Positions 26,301-39,410 of a DNA stretch of 64,000 nt are shown here, piece by piece; position 1 is the stretch's first letter, and each line of letters starts with the position of its first letter. The stretch is taken from NCBI RefSeq assembly GCF_018977255.1, contig NW_024704743.1, positions 56,298,001-56,362,000 on the forward strand, given 5' to 3'. Made by a program: the position numbers and the translations under genes. The stretch comes from Callorhinchus milii. Taxonomy: Eukaryota. A model generated the notes under the pieces. That model did not search any database. It had not been told where the DNA came from and saw only the letters and a list, made by a program, of their open reading frames with translations.

Positions 26301-27719
26301 TGGTGCAGTTAGCCTCAGTGGCCTTGAGTATGGTGTGGAGAATAATAATTCAGGATTACTATTCATTGGTCCTTTGTGGAAAATCCTTGTGCCGTGGCTA
26401 ACAGATGGGAGCAGAGTGAGGCTCGATTGCATTGTTCTCCATGATTGATTAGCTGCAAGACCTCGCGGTCTAAATCCATACACAACGCTTGGCTATTTAA
26501 GTGAGGCTGCACTGTTTATCCAATTGTCTCCAACAAGAGTCACTGGCTTCAATAGAGGTGGGAGAAAAGAACAAAGTAAAACGATGCCAGAGAAGGATGT
26601 AAGTTTGTTTCCAGAATGTATTAAACTGACTCTTTACTGTAATATACACTGGGATACAATTAACTTTTAGGATTGGATTCCTATGGATGCAAGGGAATTC
26701 TAACAGAGTTTCTTACCAAGAAACCTCATACAAATTACCACAGACTAGATTTTAATAATTGGTTTGATGATGGTAATAATCATCCAAATTGACTTTAGTT
26801 GCATATTTCGCAAGTATAAATTCAAATAGTGTGACTGTCCACTTTGCACCAACCTATGATACTCTTGTCTGAGGTTGATGCAAAGATTGATGCAGGTGAA
26901 CAGTCAATGACTTATGAGATAGAAAAAGAAATGTGAAGCTAAGTCCCTGTCAAGATGCACATTCTTGTACTCTTACGACTGAGGAAAAAAAATCTCTGGA
27001 AGTACATTAATGCCCATTGTGGAAAAATAGTCACACTGGGTATCTAGTGTAAATAGGTTAAAGTAAATGTCTTTGGGCATTCTCCATCCTAGTCCCATTG
27101 GATATAAATCCACACACAAACCTGACTGCATATTATTCGGTATAATGCGCACTAATTAGGCCATCTCATTCAACTAAGAAGGAACAGATGAAAAAAAATG
27201 GAGAAGTCATGCTGGCAGATACACTGTGATATTTTCTAAGATGAGTTTTAAGCAAATTGTTAGGATAATCGAGTAATGCACTGTCTCTCATCTGGCAATG
27301 TTTGATGCTGCAAATGAGAGCACAGTTAGGAGCCTAGAAGCTGAAGGGCCTAGAATTTGGCTTCCTTGTAGGTGATTGAGTTTATGCTAAGGAATGTACA
27401 GTATACAAGTCCAAATGGCATTCAAAGCCACCCTGCTTATAATGGCACATAATAGCACAAGGGAACATGATTCAATTGCTGTTTTGCCAATACTGAACAT
27501 TTAATTTTTAACTTGGCATTTTTCCCCTTGCCTCTCTTGAAAATATTGTTTTCTTCTTCCTCTGGATGGAAGATGGTATCAATGTTCTCATGCTATTGCA
27601 TGCTGAGCTGTGTTGCCCACCTGGAAACTTGTAGGGAGTTCCTGGTACCTGCCATCCATCTAGTGAGGGCTCGAATCTGCACGTCGGATGTCAAAATGAC
27701 CAAATAGTGACTATCCTCC

Positions 27720-28980
27720 TTTGGTCAACTTCCACATGTATGTGAATGACACCCAACTCTATCTCTCTGCCTCCACCCTCGACTCCAGGACTACTGCTGT
27801 TTTTAGAGAATGTATGTCAGACATCAAGTCCCAAATGAGAGCTAACTTTCTACAGTTGGACGTCAACAAGACCGAGGCTCTCCTGATTGGCTCCCGTCAG
27901 TGCCTCCAAGGATGTACACTCCACCTCACAGAACCAGTCCGGAACCTTGGCATCTTGTTTGACCATCAGCTATCATTTCTGCACTGGCATCATCAGCCTC
28001 CACGGCTGCTCACTCAACCTCACTAAGCCAGTCAGGAACCTGAGTATCTTGTTTGACCCTAAACTGTCCTTTCTCCTCCACATCCTCGCCATGACTGGCA
28101 CTGTCTACCACCACCTCCGCAACATTGCCAGACTCCGCCACTGCCTCATCCCCTCAGGCTGCCAAAACCCTCACCCATGCATTCGTCACCTCAAGGCTTG
28201 ATTACGGGAATTCCCTCACCCCCACACCACCCCTCCCCCATGCTCGGGCCCCGACACCTGACTGTTCAGAGCTTTGGGACGTCCTCCTAACGTGAAAAGT
28301 GCTCCATAAATGTAATTTTGTTGTTGTTATTTCTACCCCACATCCATGCCATGATCCAATCTGCTTTCCCCCACCTCTGCAACATCTCCCGGCACCGCCA
28401 CTGTCTCTCCCCTCAGGCTGCCAAAACCCCCATCCATGCATTGATCACATCTAGGCTCGACTTCACTAACTCCCTGCTTGTTGGCCTTCCCGACTCTTCC
28501 CTTCACAAGCTGCAGATCATCCAGAACTTTGCAGCTCATGTCCTTTCCTGCAGCAGGCTCTGTGACCCTATCACCCCCACCGTGGCCTGGCTCCAAAATC
28601 CTTGTCCTCATCTTCAAAGTTTTCCATGGCCTTGCTCCTTCCTACTTCTGTGATCTGCCCCATATCAACCTGTCCGGTCCGTTTACTCAGCAGACTGTCG
28701 CGTGCTGCACGTCCCTCGCTCGGCCCGCCCCACCACCGCGGTCGGGCCTTCAGCCTCTCTACCACCACCCTTTGGAACTCCATCCCACAGACCCTGCGCT
28801 TTGCTCCCTGCATTGCCACCTTCAAGGCATGTCTCAAGACCCTCCTCTTTGATCGTGCTTTCAGCTACCCTCCTACCCTACCCTCCACCCCTGCTGACCC
28901 CAAACCCCTGCTCGGGTCCAAATTCCTGACTGCGCAGTGCCTTAGTGTATCCTCCCGATGTGAAAGGTGTTTTACAAATG
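27720..28980 (+). mobile_element. Cluster of overlapping or nested L2 LINE fragments
   Basis: FHMYVNDTQLYLS, NFLQLDVNKTEALLIG, VRNLGILFD (twice), HALITSRLDFTNSLLVGLP, GRAFSLSTTTLWNSIP; L2 tails at ~28328 and ~28980. Confidence 0.92.
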
Positions 28981-28982
28981 AA

Positions 28983-29345
28983 GTCCTGTAGCTCAGTAGT
29001 TAGAGCACTCGCCTCACAAATGAGAGACCTGAGTTCAATTCCAGGCAGGGTGAAATGCTGGGCAAGTTCCTTACTCCACACTCCTCTGTTTACCTGGCAG
29101 TAAGTAGGAACCCGGTTGTTAGTTGGTTGATTATTGATTGGGTAATAATTCCTTCAAAGATAATAATATTAAATTGGTCACTTCAATCCACAACTCTTTG
29201 TGGGACAATGCTGTGTGCTATTGGCTGCCGCGATTTGCCCACAAAATATACAGTCAATTCACTTTACAGTATATTCTATGAAGAGCTTTGAGAAGTCTCA
29301 AGGATGTGATCAGGAGCTATATCAAATGAAAGGATTATTATTTAT
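28983..29345 (+). mobile_element. Full-length tRNA-Ala-headed SINE
   Basis: gtcctgtagctcagtagttagagcactcgcc...gttcaattcc; Deu-like 3' part; atatcaaatgaaagg(att)n tail. Confidence 0.88.
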
Positions 29346-29819
29346 TATATTGTGCCTCATCGTGTTGTTGTCTCACAGCGCTTCATAGGATATATTGTAA
29401 AATGGTGTGACTGGCATATTTTATGCACAAATGCAGCAGTCAATTTGCACACAGCAAAATCCTACAAACAGCCATGAAGTGAATGACCATATTTATTTGG
29501 GGGATTATTGGCCAGATCACCAATTCAGTGAATAACATTCTGGAGCAGAAGCCTTTGGCTATGTTTCCTCTACCTCCCCCAACCTGGAAACCTGAGGCCA
29601 AGGTGATCCCACTGCTTGCCTAGATGTGATTAAAATAAATCGTGGATAATTAAACAGATCGGGCATGAACCTGTGAATTTACCTGAGTACATATCTCAGC
29701 TATTCAATGAACTAATTTGCCTAGGGAGTTGCAACACCTAATTTAAGGACGCTGACCTTTGAGCACGTCACTAAATGGTGATGGACAGCTTCTGACAACA
29801 GTCTCCTGATGCAGCAAAT

Positions 29820-29886
29820 TTGTATGTGTGTATCTCTGTCTGTCTGTCTGCCTGCGTGTGTGCACAGGCACACACACACACACATA
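29820..29886. repeat. Compound TG/TCTG/CA microsatellite
   Basis: Directly visible in the sequence. Confidence 0.8.
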
Positions 29887-31109
29887 TTTGCACATTGCTC
29901 TATTGTTCTCCCCAATGTCTCTCTGCCCTATTTATTTTTTTACTTTAAATTCAATTCAGCTTTTTTTTACTGATGTAAACTTGTGAGTCTAGTTAGAAAT
30001 GTGATCCATGAATAGATGTTAAGGAGAGAGAGGGAGGTAGGGGCAGGCCACAGAGTAATGAAGTTCTAATGCATATATCTGTGGTCAGTGCTCTGAGGTT
30101 TAACCCTTCTCCTCCTGAGTAAACAAACTCCATATGGTTAGTTGTGCTCACCAGTTTTTAGAACTAAATAAAACAGGAAGAGTCAGTCAGTTGAATAAGT
30201 TGCTACATTACTTGTTTGCATACAGCGACAGATGGGAATTAATGAGGAAAAACCAGAGTGATCAATAAAAAGTTCAGAAGAAGTCAATCATTTGAATACT
30301 TTTCTACTCTGGCAAAAGAAAAAAAGATGTTTGTATTGGTAAACTATCTGTGTTAGATTAAGATTTGCTTAAACACTTCATACATTCTTGGAAACATTAC
30401 TTGGCTGGTTTTCTAATTGTTGATAAAGTTTATGAGCTCGGTGGGCAAGCTTATCATACTCTTTACTGGTCAGTTAATTTGTTTACCTTGTGGAGCGTCC
30501 TTATGATAAAATCCCATTGAAAATAACAGGGCACTCGTTCAAGGAAACATGTTGAGCCACTAAGAGTCAAAAACAGTAGCATTTTAAAGGACCATTAGAG
30601 AATGTGACTGCTATTTAACCTGCCTTTTATCTCACAATTTAAGAGAGAATTTAACAGCAGGACTGCAGGAGTTGAGAATGTTGTTGGAAAACTGATTATT
30701 TGATATAAATATTAGAAAAGAAAAATGACTTTAAATTGATGTCATCTGACCTGTGTTGGTCTGGACCTTAGACCACTGAAGGAGGTTAGGATGAAATTGA
30801 TGATTATATTCTATAATATAATGGACTAATATTCTAACTGCTTTGAAAACCCTAAATTTACCAAACGTGCCAAATGTTATACCCCTGCTCATTCACAAAG
30901 TGTCACGTCCTGTGCATGGCTTGCCTGTGCAACCCTGGACTCAGCCAATTTTGAGCTCACTGTACACCCGACTTATAAGAGAACTGGCAGTATAATGGGG
31001 TTCCACCTCATTAACTGGAGCAGAGAATGGTAAATGGGCATCTAACAGAAATGTGCACATTGTATGAAAAGTTTTGAGCGAGCAAAAAGTGAATTAATTT
31101 CTTCACTAG

Positions 31110-31330
31110 TTGTGGAATAAGCAATAACTCAATATTATTACCAGAAGCCTAAAGAGGAAGGTGAGAAGAATATTTTTTAATATGCCACTTTATTAGGATA
31201 TAGAGCATGTTGCTACAAGTGTCTACTGAAGCTGGGTCAATAACAGCAGTTAAAAGAGAACTAGATAAACAATCAAATTAAAATACGAGTGTGAGGTAGG
31301 AGCAGGAAATAGGATTAAGTAAGCATCTGC
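31110..31330 (+). mobile_element. Decayed CR1 3' fragment (other CR1 relics at ~40770-41100 -, 46720-46850 +, 51130-51660 -, 60760-60980 -)
   Basis: gtgagaagaatatttttt...ttaaaagagaactagataaac...ggagcaggaaatagga resembles the CR1 ORF2 end and 3' UTR seen at 62560-62740. Confidence 0.55.
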
Positions 31331-32739
31331 AGTGAGGGTGTTAACATGACAATACAATTTACATTTACTGTATATGGCACCTTTCACATCAGGAGAATGT
31401 TTCAAAGCATTCGACATTGGTACTGGTAGAGTGGATCAAGATACCTCTTTCTGCTGAAATTTCTATTTTTAATTCAAATGCAAGTTTCTAAACAAAACAT
31501 ATGTCAAGTCTGCCCTCAAGATTTGTGGTATTTTGCTTTATGTATTAATTTGCCTAGCGCAGTGGTATCTTCTACGTTTATCTGTTTCTTTCAGTGTCAT
31601 TATTGCTCTAACTAATCTTTAGACATATTCCGTGTTACTCAGTTTCAGTATTTGCTTTGTAGCTTTATTATTCTGCTGCTATTAATAGTACAGTATGTGT
31701 ACAGGACACAGAAATTCCCAGTAACCATCTGCAGATTATTTCTCAGTAACCCTGCGGTAATTACATCAAACCCAGGCATTCTTTTGTGTGATTGTCAATG
31801 TACATCAAGGCCATGAAGCTACTGATGACATCTGTCAGAGCATAAAATCTGATCAAATGCATATGAATATTAAACCGTATATACCGTATTTGAATCAATA
31901 TTAAGGCACGAATTTAACATAATCACAAAAGGAATCTAACAGAAGGTAAGAAAAATTTACATTGAGGGAGCTGGGAATATAGAATTTTTTGCCGCAAACT
32001 ATTGTCGCAGAGTCCGTATATTCTTTTAAGAAATGTATTTAACAGATGAATATTGAAGACTCTAGAGAGTGAGCAGAAGAGTTTTATCAAAAAGTACTCA
32101 TGTGGAGACACATCAGCGCAAACTTGAAGCACTCCAAGACACTACCCTGCGTGAAGGGCCCTATATAAATGCAAGTTGTTGTTTGTTTTTTGTTGAGCTA
32201 AATTGTCAGTTTCTGTGCTACCACTGGTCATGGGTCAAAGTTCGACCGAACCTTATTCTGTAAAATCATTTGGGCTTAAACTTTAATGTTACAAAAAATT
32301 GCATACGATACTTAAATTCAATCTCAAATTGGAAGTTGGTTTTCCACAGTCAATAAAAAGAACTGGCTTCCAAATTAAGACTTAATTTAAGATTTTTTCA
32401 AAATTCTGTACAGTATTAAATGAAAAAAAACAAAATGACCTTGCAGGTTAAAGACTTGGTGGAATTTTGTAGCTTATAATTCTATAATATTGGGGTATTA
32501 TTTCCTGTTGAAGTCTAAACTTGGGATTCAAGTAATGGTTGTAAATCATTTCAGCATCATCTCATGGTTTACGATTGACATAAAATTCCTCCCAAGTATT
32601 TTTTAGTTTTTTTCTGCATAACTCTGAAGGAGGAAATGCATGGAATGAGAGCAGAAGTTGATCTAGGGGCAGAGAGGAAAGAAAAAAATGAAAGTGAGAT
32701 CTGAAGGGGAAGGAAAGAAAATAATAATCATTCTCGTAT

Positions 32740-33135
32740 TTGTTACAGTGCCTTATATGTCAACTTCTCAAAATGTTTTCTGCAAAGTGTAGTGACTGCG
32801 CATTTATAGGCGAATGTGGCAACCAATTTGTGTACAGGAATGCCCCAACCAGCATCCGTGAAATGAAATAAAAACTAATTTCATTTGGAGGATTGTTGGC
32901 CAGGACCCTAGAGAAATTCCCTACTCTTTTGAATAGTGCCATGGGATCTTTGAACAGTAAGAGGGCAGGCACTTGAACAGGCAGATGGCACCTCAGTTTG
33001 ACATCTCAACCAAAGGACAGAACCTCCGACAATGTAATGCTTCCTAAAATTGCACTGAAGTGTCAGCCTAGATTGTAACCTCAAAGTCCTGACCTGGGCC
33101 TGAAGCCGCTATCTTCTGACCCAGAGGCAACTAAG
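32740..33135 (-). mobile_element. Long Deu-domain SINE
   Basis: Minus strand contains aaagatcccatggcactattcaaaagagtagggaatttctctagggtcctggccaacaatcc. Confidence 0.82.
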
Positions 33136-36100
33136 CTAAACTAAGTATAGCTATTATCTTATTTTGGGCGAGATTTGACAATACCATTTAACCAATGATA
33201 AAAAATTATTAAAAATTTTAAAAATAATATTGTCCTTAATATAGCATTTATTTTAAAAGTGCATTGGCGTACCATTTAATGCATATTTCCTGGTAAAGAC
33301 TTTCAGTCCAATAAAACCTATTAGTTATATAGAGTAACATAGAAACCATGTTATCACTGCCTGCACTAAATCAATTGAAGGCATGTGCTACAAAATGAAA
33401 CATTGAACAATTTGGATTGAGTGACTGTAGCTCAAGCTGAACTGAATTTATTGCTGTAATCGCAATGAGGCTTAAGACTTATTTAAATCTCTTTTTTTAA
33501 GGGGGGGGAGAGGAGATGAAATATGAAAGTTTCAGGCTGTGGTAGGGTATAATAAGCTTGTTAAGGAATAATGTTTTAGCTAAGTTCTTCCGGTTAAGGG
33601 CTCTTATTCCAGCATTGAACTTGGGCTCCTACGGAGTTAGCTGTATTTTCCTTTTTTAAAAAAAATTGCTCAGTGCTTCACCAATTCAAGCAATGTCAGT
33701 GAATATCAAGAGCAAGAGATGGATTTTGTTTAGTAACTGCCTAGAGGAAAATATGTAGAGGGTAATTAGGGAACCTAGGTTGAAATGGGTCAAGGCAACT
33801 CTGTATTCGAGTCCCTCCTGTCTCTACTAGTGTACACATAAGCATTTAAAGGTAAGAGGCTTGCCTCGCAACACTGAACACCTTCCAGACTGCAAACCAA
33901 ATGAACCAAATCTGAAAATGACTATTTTGAATTGTGAAAATATTATTCTTTCATGGTTGTGCTGCCAGGCGAGGTGACAAAACAAATTGCCTTTGATCAC
34001 GCACACCAAATGTAGCAGAAAGATGATTGCGGATGACCTGCATGACAAATGCTTCACAGGCAGTGGAAGTGAAAGAGTTACATTGCTCCTCCCTGATACC
34101 CAATCTAAATTGTGTCATTACTGATAAAATAAATGCCAACATCTTCAACTCATTTCCTTTATCTTGGTCTGCCACAGCTGTGTTTAATTACCAGTGCCTC
34201 CTTCGTATTTTGATTTGCGGGAGGGGATCAAGGTTTTTGTCGGGAATCTGCATTTGTTGTTGTGCTAACAGCCGAAGCTCCTTCCATCACTTGTAGTTTT
34301 CCAAGTAATTGATTATATCGTGGCAGCTCTCCTGTGATGAAAGGCACCAGCAACGGTGGATAATAATAAGAATGAACGCAGGCTATTTTCAATAACAGTT
34401 GCTTGCAGCATTCTTTGTTTTCTTTGCTGGTTTGATCTTTACTTGACGACAAGTAACAAATTGACCCACTTATAGCATGGATTAAACCCTGAAGCCAATC
34501 CATTAAGAAAGTGTTAATTAAAGCAATGGATTAACGTGTAATTGGTGCCGTTCTATGGATGCTTCCTTGGAGCACAACTTCCTGTGAATCAGCTTTTAGG
34601 TTTTTCAGAGGATGAAAATCGGACTGCCTTGAAGGTGTAACATTTTGTATGTGTTGTTTAGAGTGTACAGGTCTACTTTTTTGTGGTTGTTCATTTTGGT
34701 CAGCCTGATGCATGCGGAAACCCATCACCATGCTTAATACTATCTAAACCAAACTTCGAATTGCATGCCCACTTACATACGGGAATCCCAGCGATAGATT
34801 GTTGGAATAGAAGGCACACTCTCTCCCTCGAGGGACACATCCTGCTTACCTAATTCTGAAAAGTATTTGTCAAGGATTGGCTACAGCCAAGGCTTGATGA
34901 CCCCTGAGTGTGCATTGGGGTACTGCTGGAGTCTAAACAACTGAAATTGCATTGTTTGCCATTCATATCATTGTCTGGCAAGCTTTCCCACTGGTTGCCC
35001 AGCCCTACCCATTATGGCTTTGGGTTGTAGGGCTAACAGGAGCTGAATGGGAATCAGATTACAGAGACTGCCACAGAGGGTCGGCTCAATTCCAACATTC
35101 AGTTGCCAAACATGTTGCCTCGGAGCCAGTTCATCTGCAAGGAGGCCCCGCTTACCTCCCCCACCTCCTGAAGGTAGATTGTTGACATCAGGAACTTCCT
35201 GTGAGCTTCCTGGTAGGCAACACAACTCAGTATATGTGAGAGCATTGCTACTATCTTTCTGTCCACAGCCTGGGCACAGATTGCTTCCCCCAGTTGAAGG
35301 TCCATAGTTTTAGCTGCTTGCCTCTCTACAGGCCAATCAAAATGGATTCCAGGTCTGGACATACAAACGTGTGTTCACAAACTCGAACACCAGGCATCAC
35401 CTTCCAGAAGCTGTCACCGCAAGCCTCAGGGTTTTCTTATCAGCTGATGAGACAGCTGCCTTAAGCGTGGTGGGTAGACCTTTACAGGACAGCTGGTGAC
35501 GTGCCAGTCACCTTGAGTTTCTCGAGGTCGAAGTCCAATGCCGTGTACCAGGCTTACTCAGTACCAGTTGCTTAACCCAGGTCCTCACTTGAGCGGCCTT
35601 GGTAAGTAGACGTGCCCACTGTGAAGTCACCTCCACCTCCAGGGTGCTAAGCAACAGGTCAATGGAAGCTTGTGGCATATAAGACCTGTAGGCCTCTCTG
35701 TTGCATCCCCAGGAGCTCAGATCCATAAAAATGATTCTGCATATATTTCTGTATTCTTATTCAGGATGGCACTGGAATCGGGTTGAACCTATAACCTTCT
35801 GAGTGAGAGTGCTTCCAACTGAGTCACTGGTACCTTATCATTGTATTTGTAGTTGATAGTAAGTGAAATGGACAGTTCCACTGGAGTCCTGAGTGGCAAC
35901 ATCTGCTTTCAGTAAGCCTATTGTTAATTTCAGAATAACAACCCTGCTTTTATGCACATCACTTGGTGTGGATAACCAGTATTTAAACTGCTTTGTTTTA
36001 GCACCGACACTGTCTTTAAAAACTGCATTTAGACAGATTAGTTACTGTCTTTTACAAATAAAATGCACGTGAAGACACTCGCTGACATTTAGTTCTGTTT

Positions 36101-39100
36101 TCACACCCATGTGCACATTTGGATTTGTTTTCATAAACTTTTTTCATTTTAACTGACACACTGCACACACTAATAAGTAAGTTGCTTTAAGAAGCTATGA
36201 TATTTGCCATCTAACTCTGAATTTTGACAGAATACGTGTGGATGATATATACCATAGGCAGCAGTGTGAACCTATAGATATCTGCACAATGACATTTCTT
36301 TTTTATATAAATTTAGTGAACAATTTTTTTCTAGTTTTCTTCCACTGGTATGCTGCTGCTCCTGGCCTCCTCCTACTGGAGTGTGGTCTATGTGAACTGG
36401 AGATTCTCCTACACCCTGTTCAGGTAACCATTGTTCATGTCCGAGTCCTGACGATGAGTGCTGGCAGAACACTCAGCTATGGAGGGCATCGCAACCAATT
36501 CTGTCCTCTCCCGACTTGGCTGTCACACACACACAGCCAGGGATTGGTACTGAAGAGGAAATGGAAGCAGGAATGCTGGCTGGTTTTCCCCTCCCTAACC
36601 CTAGGAAGACCAGGGTCAATTTAACCTCCATTTTGCAATCCTGAGTGAGTGCAACAAACTCAACCCAAACCTATGAACTCCTGGGCTATAATCTGCAGCT
36701 TCACTCATTGCACCACTGGGGCTAACCCTCAACTTGGATTCTTAGTGAAGAAATACCACAAATTTGACTCCATTGATGAAATATCTCCCAATGATATTGG
36801 CACCATTGGGTTGTAGCCAGTCTCATAAGTGGAAATAATTATCAAATCACAATGCTGCCAGATACATATCTGGTTGGAAACCAAACTGGAGTTTATAGGG
36901 ATGAGAATAGATTGAGAAGATCTATTATTATACAGAATGGAATAGCTTCTGTGTTGGGGCAGGAGAGGAGTAATGTGGGGAGAGCAGATGGCTTTGGGCG
37001 AACAATGGAAACACAAGATTGATGAATTGTTGAGAGTTTTGCATGATAAGATGGGAAGTATTTATGGAGAACTTTCCTTTCGAAAATATCAGACGAGATG
37101 TAAAAGGACACAATAGGAAGAAAATTAACCCGAATCTCCCAGTGATTCAAATCTAAATCTCCCAGTGATTTAAAAAGCCACAGGGATGGTTTCAGTACAA
37201 AATAACTATACTGTGCTTTTTAAGCACTGATTGATTAAATACAGGACTATGGTATTTTGCAACCTTTCTCCAACTTTTTTGAAGTCTGATTTATTTTAAA
37301 TGAGAGAGTGGGGTGATTCTGAAAAGGATTTTCCTATTTGGATTTGACAGAGATACAGTGAGCTAGCAATGAGATCTCGTGTGAATGAAGCTGATGCCTG
37401 TACAGCCACCGAACCAGGCAGGTCTTTGGCTTCTTCCTTTGCCAACACCCAGACTTTAAAATATGCTGTCTTAACCTTTCAAAAAGGCAGAGGGAAACCA
37501 GAACATTAAGAGATACTTAGCTTAATTATCTGTTTCTTCAAAGGACATGTCATATGACCCAACCCAGGCTGCCGCACTAGCTTTCATATTGCTGCGGGAT
37601 ACAACGCCTTGAGTTGCCTAATTGCTTGGTCCTAATTTGAGATAAAATAATTTCTCTAACTAGGCTGTCATCTATAATTCATGGCCACTTATGAGTGTAA
37701 TTCATTGAAATATCACCTGTGGCCCAGCCTCTGCCACAGCAGGATCTCATTTAAATGCATTTTTTGTACTTTTTTTTAGCAAACCAAGCTTTTAATACAT
37801 TGGTCTCTCCGTAACGGATTGTTCTATTATATATCAGTGGTGACTGCAAACCGTGTAATTTTTTTTCCTTTTTTTTCAGCATTGCTGGCTCTTCAGTCAA
37901 CCTCCTATTCAATCATTTTCTAAAAAGTGCCAGATTTTATTCCTGTGGGTGTTTGGTGTTGCTTTTTCCTCCTTCTATTACCTTTTGAAAAGGTTGCTTC
38001 TTTCCTCCCACCCGTGCCCCCATTCTCGGCTGTAAATGTTCATGATGGTTTTTGAACCCTACAGAAGTACTGTGATTAATGAAGCGCTATTCACTTTCAG
38101 CAAGGTACTGGAACATAAAAACCCTTAATGGGCAGAAAGAAATCTTTAGAAAATTGGTAATCGCCAATCAGATGAAGTAGGTATTTTTATACCTCCTTTT
38201 GAGAAACTGCAGACTAGCTCCAGCTGCACTGCTTTCTGATGGAATCCAGTCCTATCACTTTGTCATAGAATGGGCAATGACTGCGCATTTTTCAGTCAAC
38301 TCGTGATTATTTTTTCAGTCGGGCTTTCAAGAATCAACTTCAATGTGAAATTTTAGAAACCTATTTTAAATGAACGGTGACCCCCATTGTAAAAACTGTG
38401 TGTCACTCCTGGGTTGAAAGGGAGCGCAGTGCAATTCATGTTAACATATTATAGTGTGTTAATCTGATATTGATGTGATGACTTAAGTGCAGGTCTATCC
38501 ATGACAGTGAAGTCCGATATGATCTTCAGAATGATGATGTGCCTAAAGAGTTTTAAACAGCTTTTATACAAGTGGTACCTTTCGCAACTCTTAAGCAACT
38601 TATTGTTGAAAATATTGAGGTAGCCTCGAATCTGGCTGTCACCTTGAATCTGCAAAGGTTTGTTTGCCAGCGAGCATTTGGCTAAAAGCCAATGCTTCCC
38701 AAAGTCTAGGACCATTTAAGAGTCATCTTAGATTAGGTGAGGGTCAGAGTCAAGAGTTGCAAATTGAGTTGCCCTCTGCTATCTAATAAGATTATCAGTT
38801 CAGTTTATTACAGACATTGAGGTGGAGATAATTCCTAATCGGTACTGGGCAGGAATTCTAACTAGGTCACTGCTACATTGTGAGCTTTGATACCAGGTGA
38901 GTCATAAGTATTCAGTAATGTGTTATACGTGAGCAAGAAAGTGATGGGTAAATTTCCAATACATTTTATATGTAGGTTTTTTAAAAAAAAATTAGGCAAA
39001 ACAGTTATGATATGATCATTGTTTTCTGTGCTTCAGACATGATAATTTACGGCAGCATAATTAATAATAATTCACAATTAAACCTGCTGTGCCCCATAGT

Positions 39101-39410
39101 TACTGAATTACTAAATAATAGGATTTAAAAGTAGTCTACATGTTTTGGCGTATTGCCAAAAATTGTGTGTGCATCTCTTATTTTGTGTGTTTTATATAAG
39201 CTTAGCATTCGTAAGATGCACTTTTACCATTAACATATCAAAATTCTATTTTCACCAACATTAGTCATTGGAAATAATATGCGCTCTGAGATGCCACCCT
39301 GTGTGGAGGGCCTTATATAAGTGCAAGTTGTTGTTGTTGTCTTGATAATAATTCCTGCATTTGATATATATCAAGATGGACTTGTATATATATATCAAGA
39401 TGGACTTATA

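Noticed and set aside
31933..31952. 3-nt microexon or recursive splice site (ctaacag AAG gtaaga)
   Set aside because: No polypyrimidine tract upstream.
37870..37900. Hammerhead-like CUGAAGA...GAAA on the minus strand
   Set aside because: Stem II is only 2-3 bp and out of register, and GAAA comes from a poly-A run.
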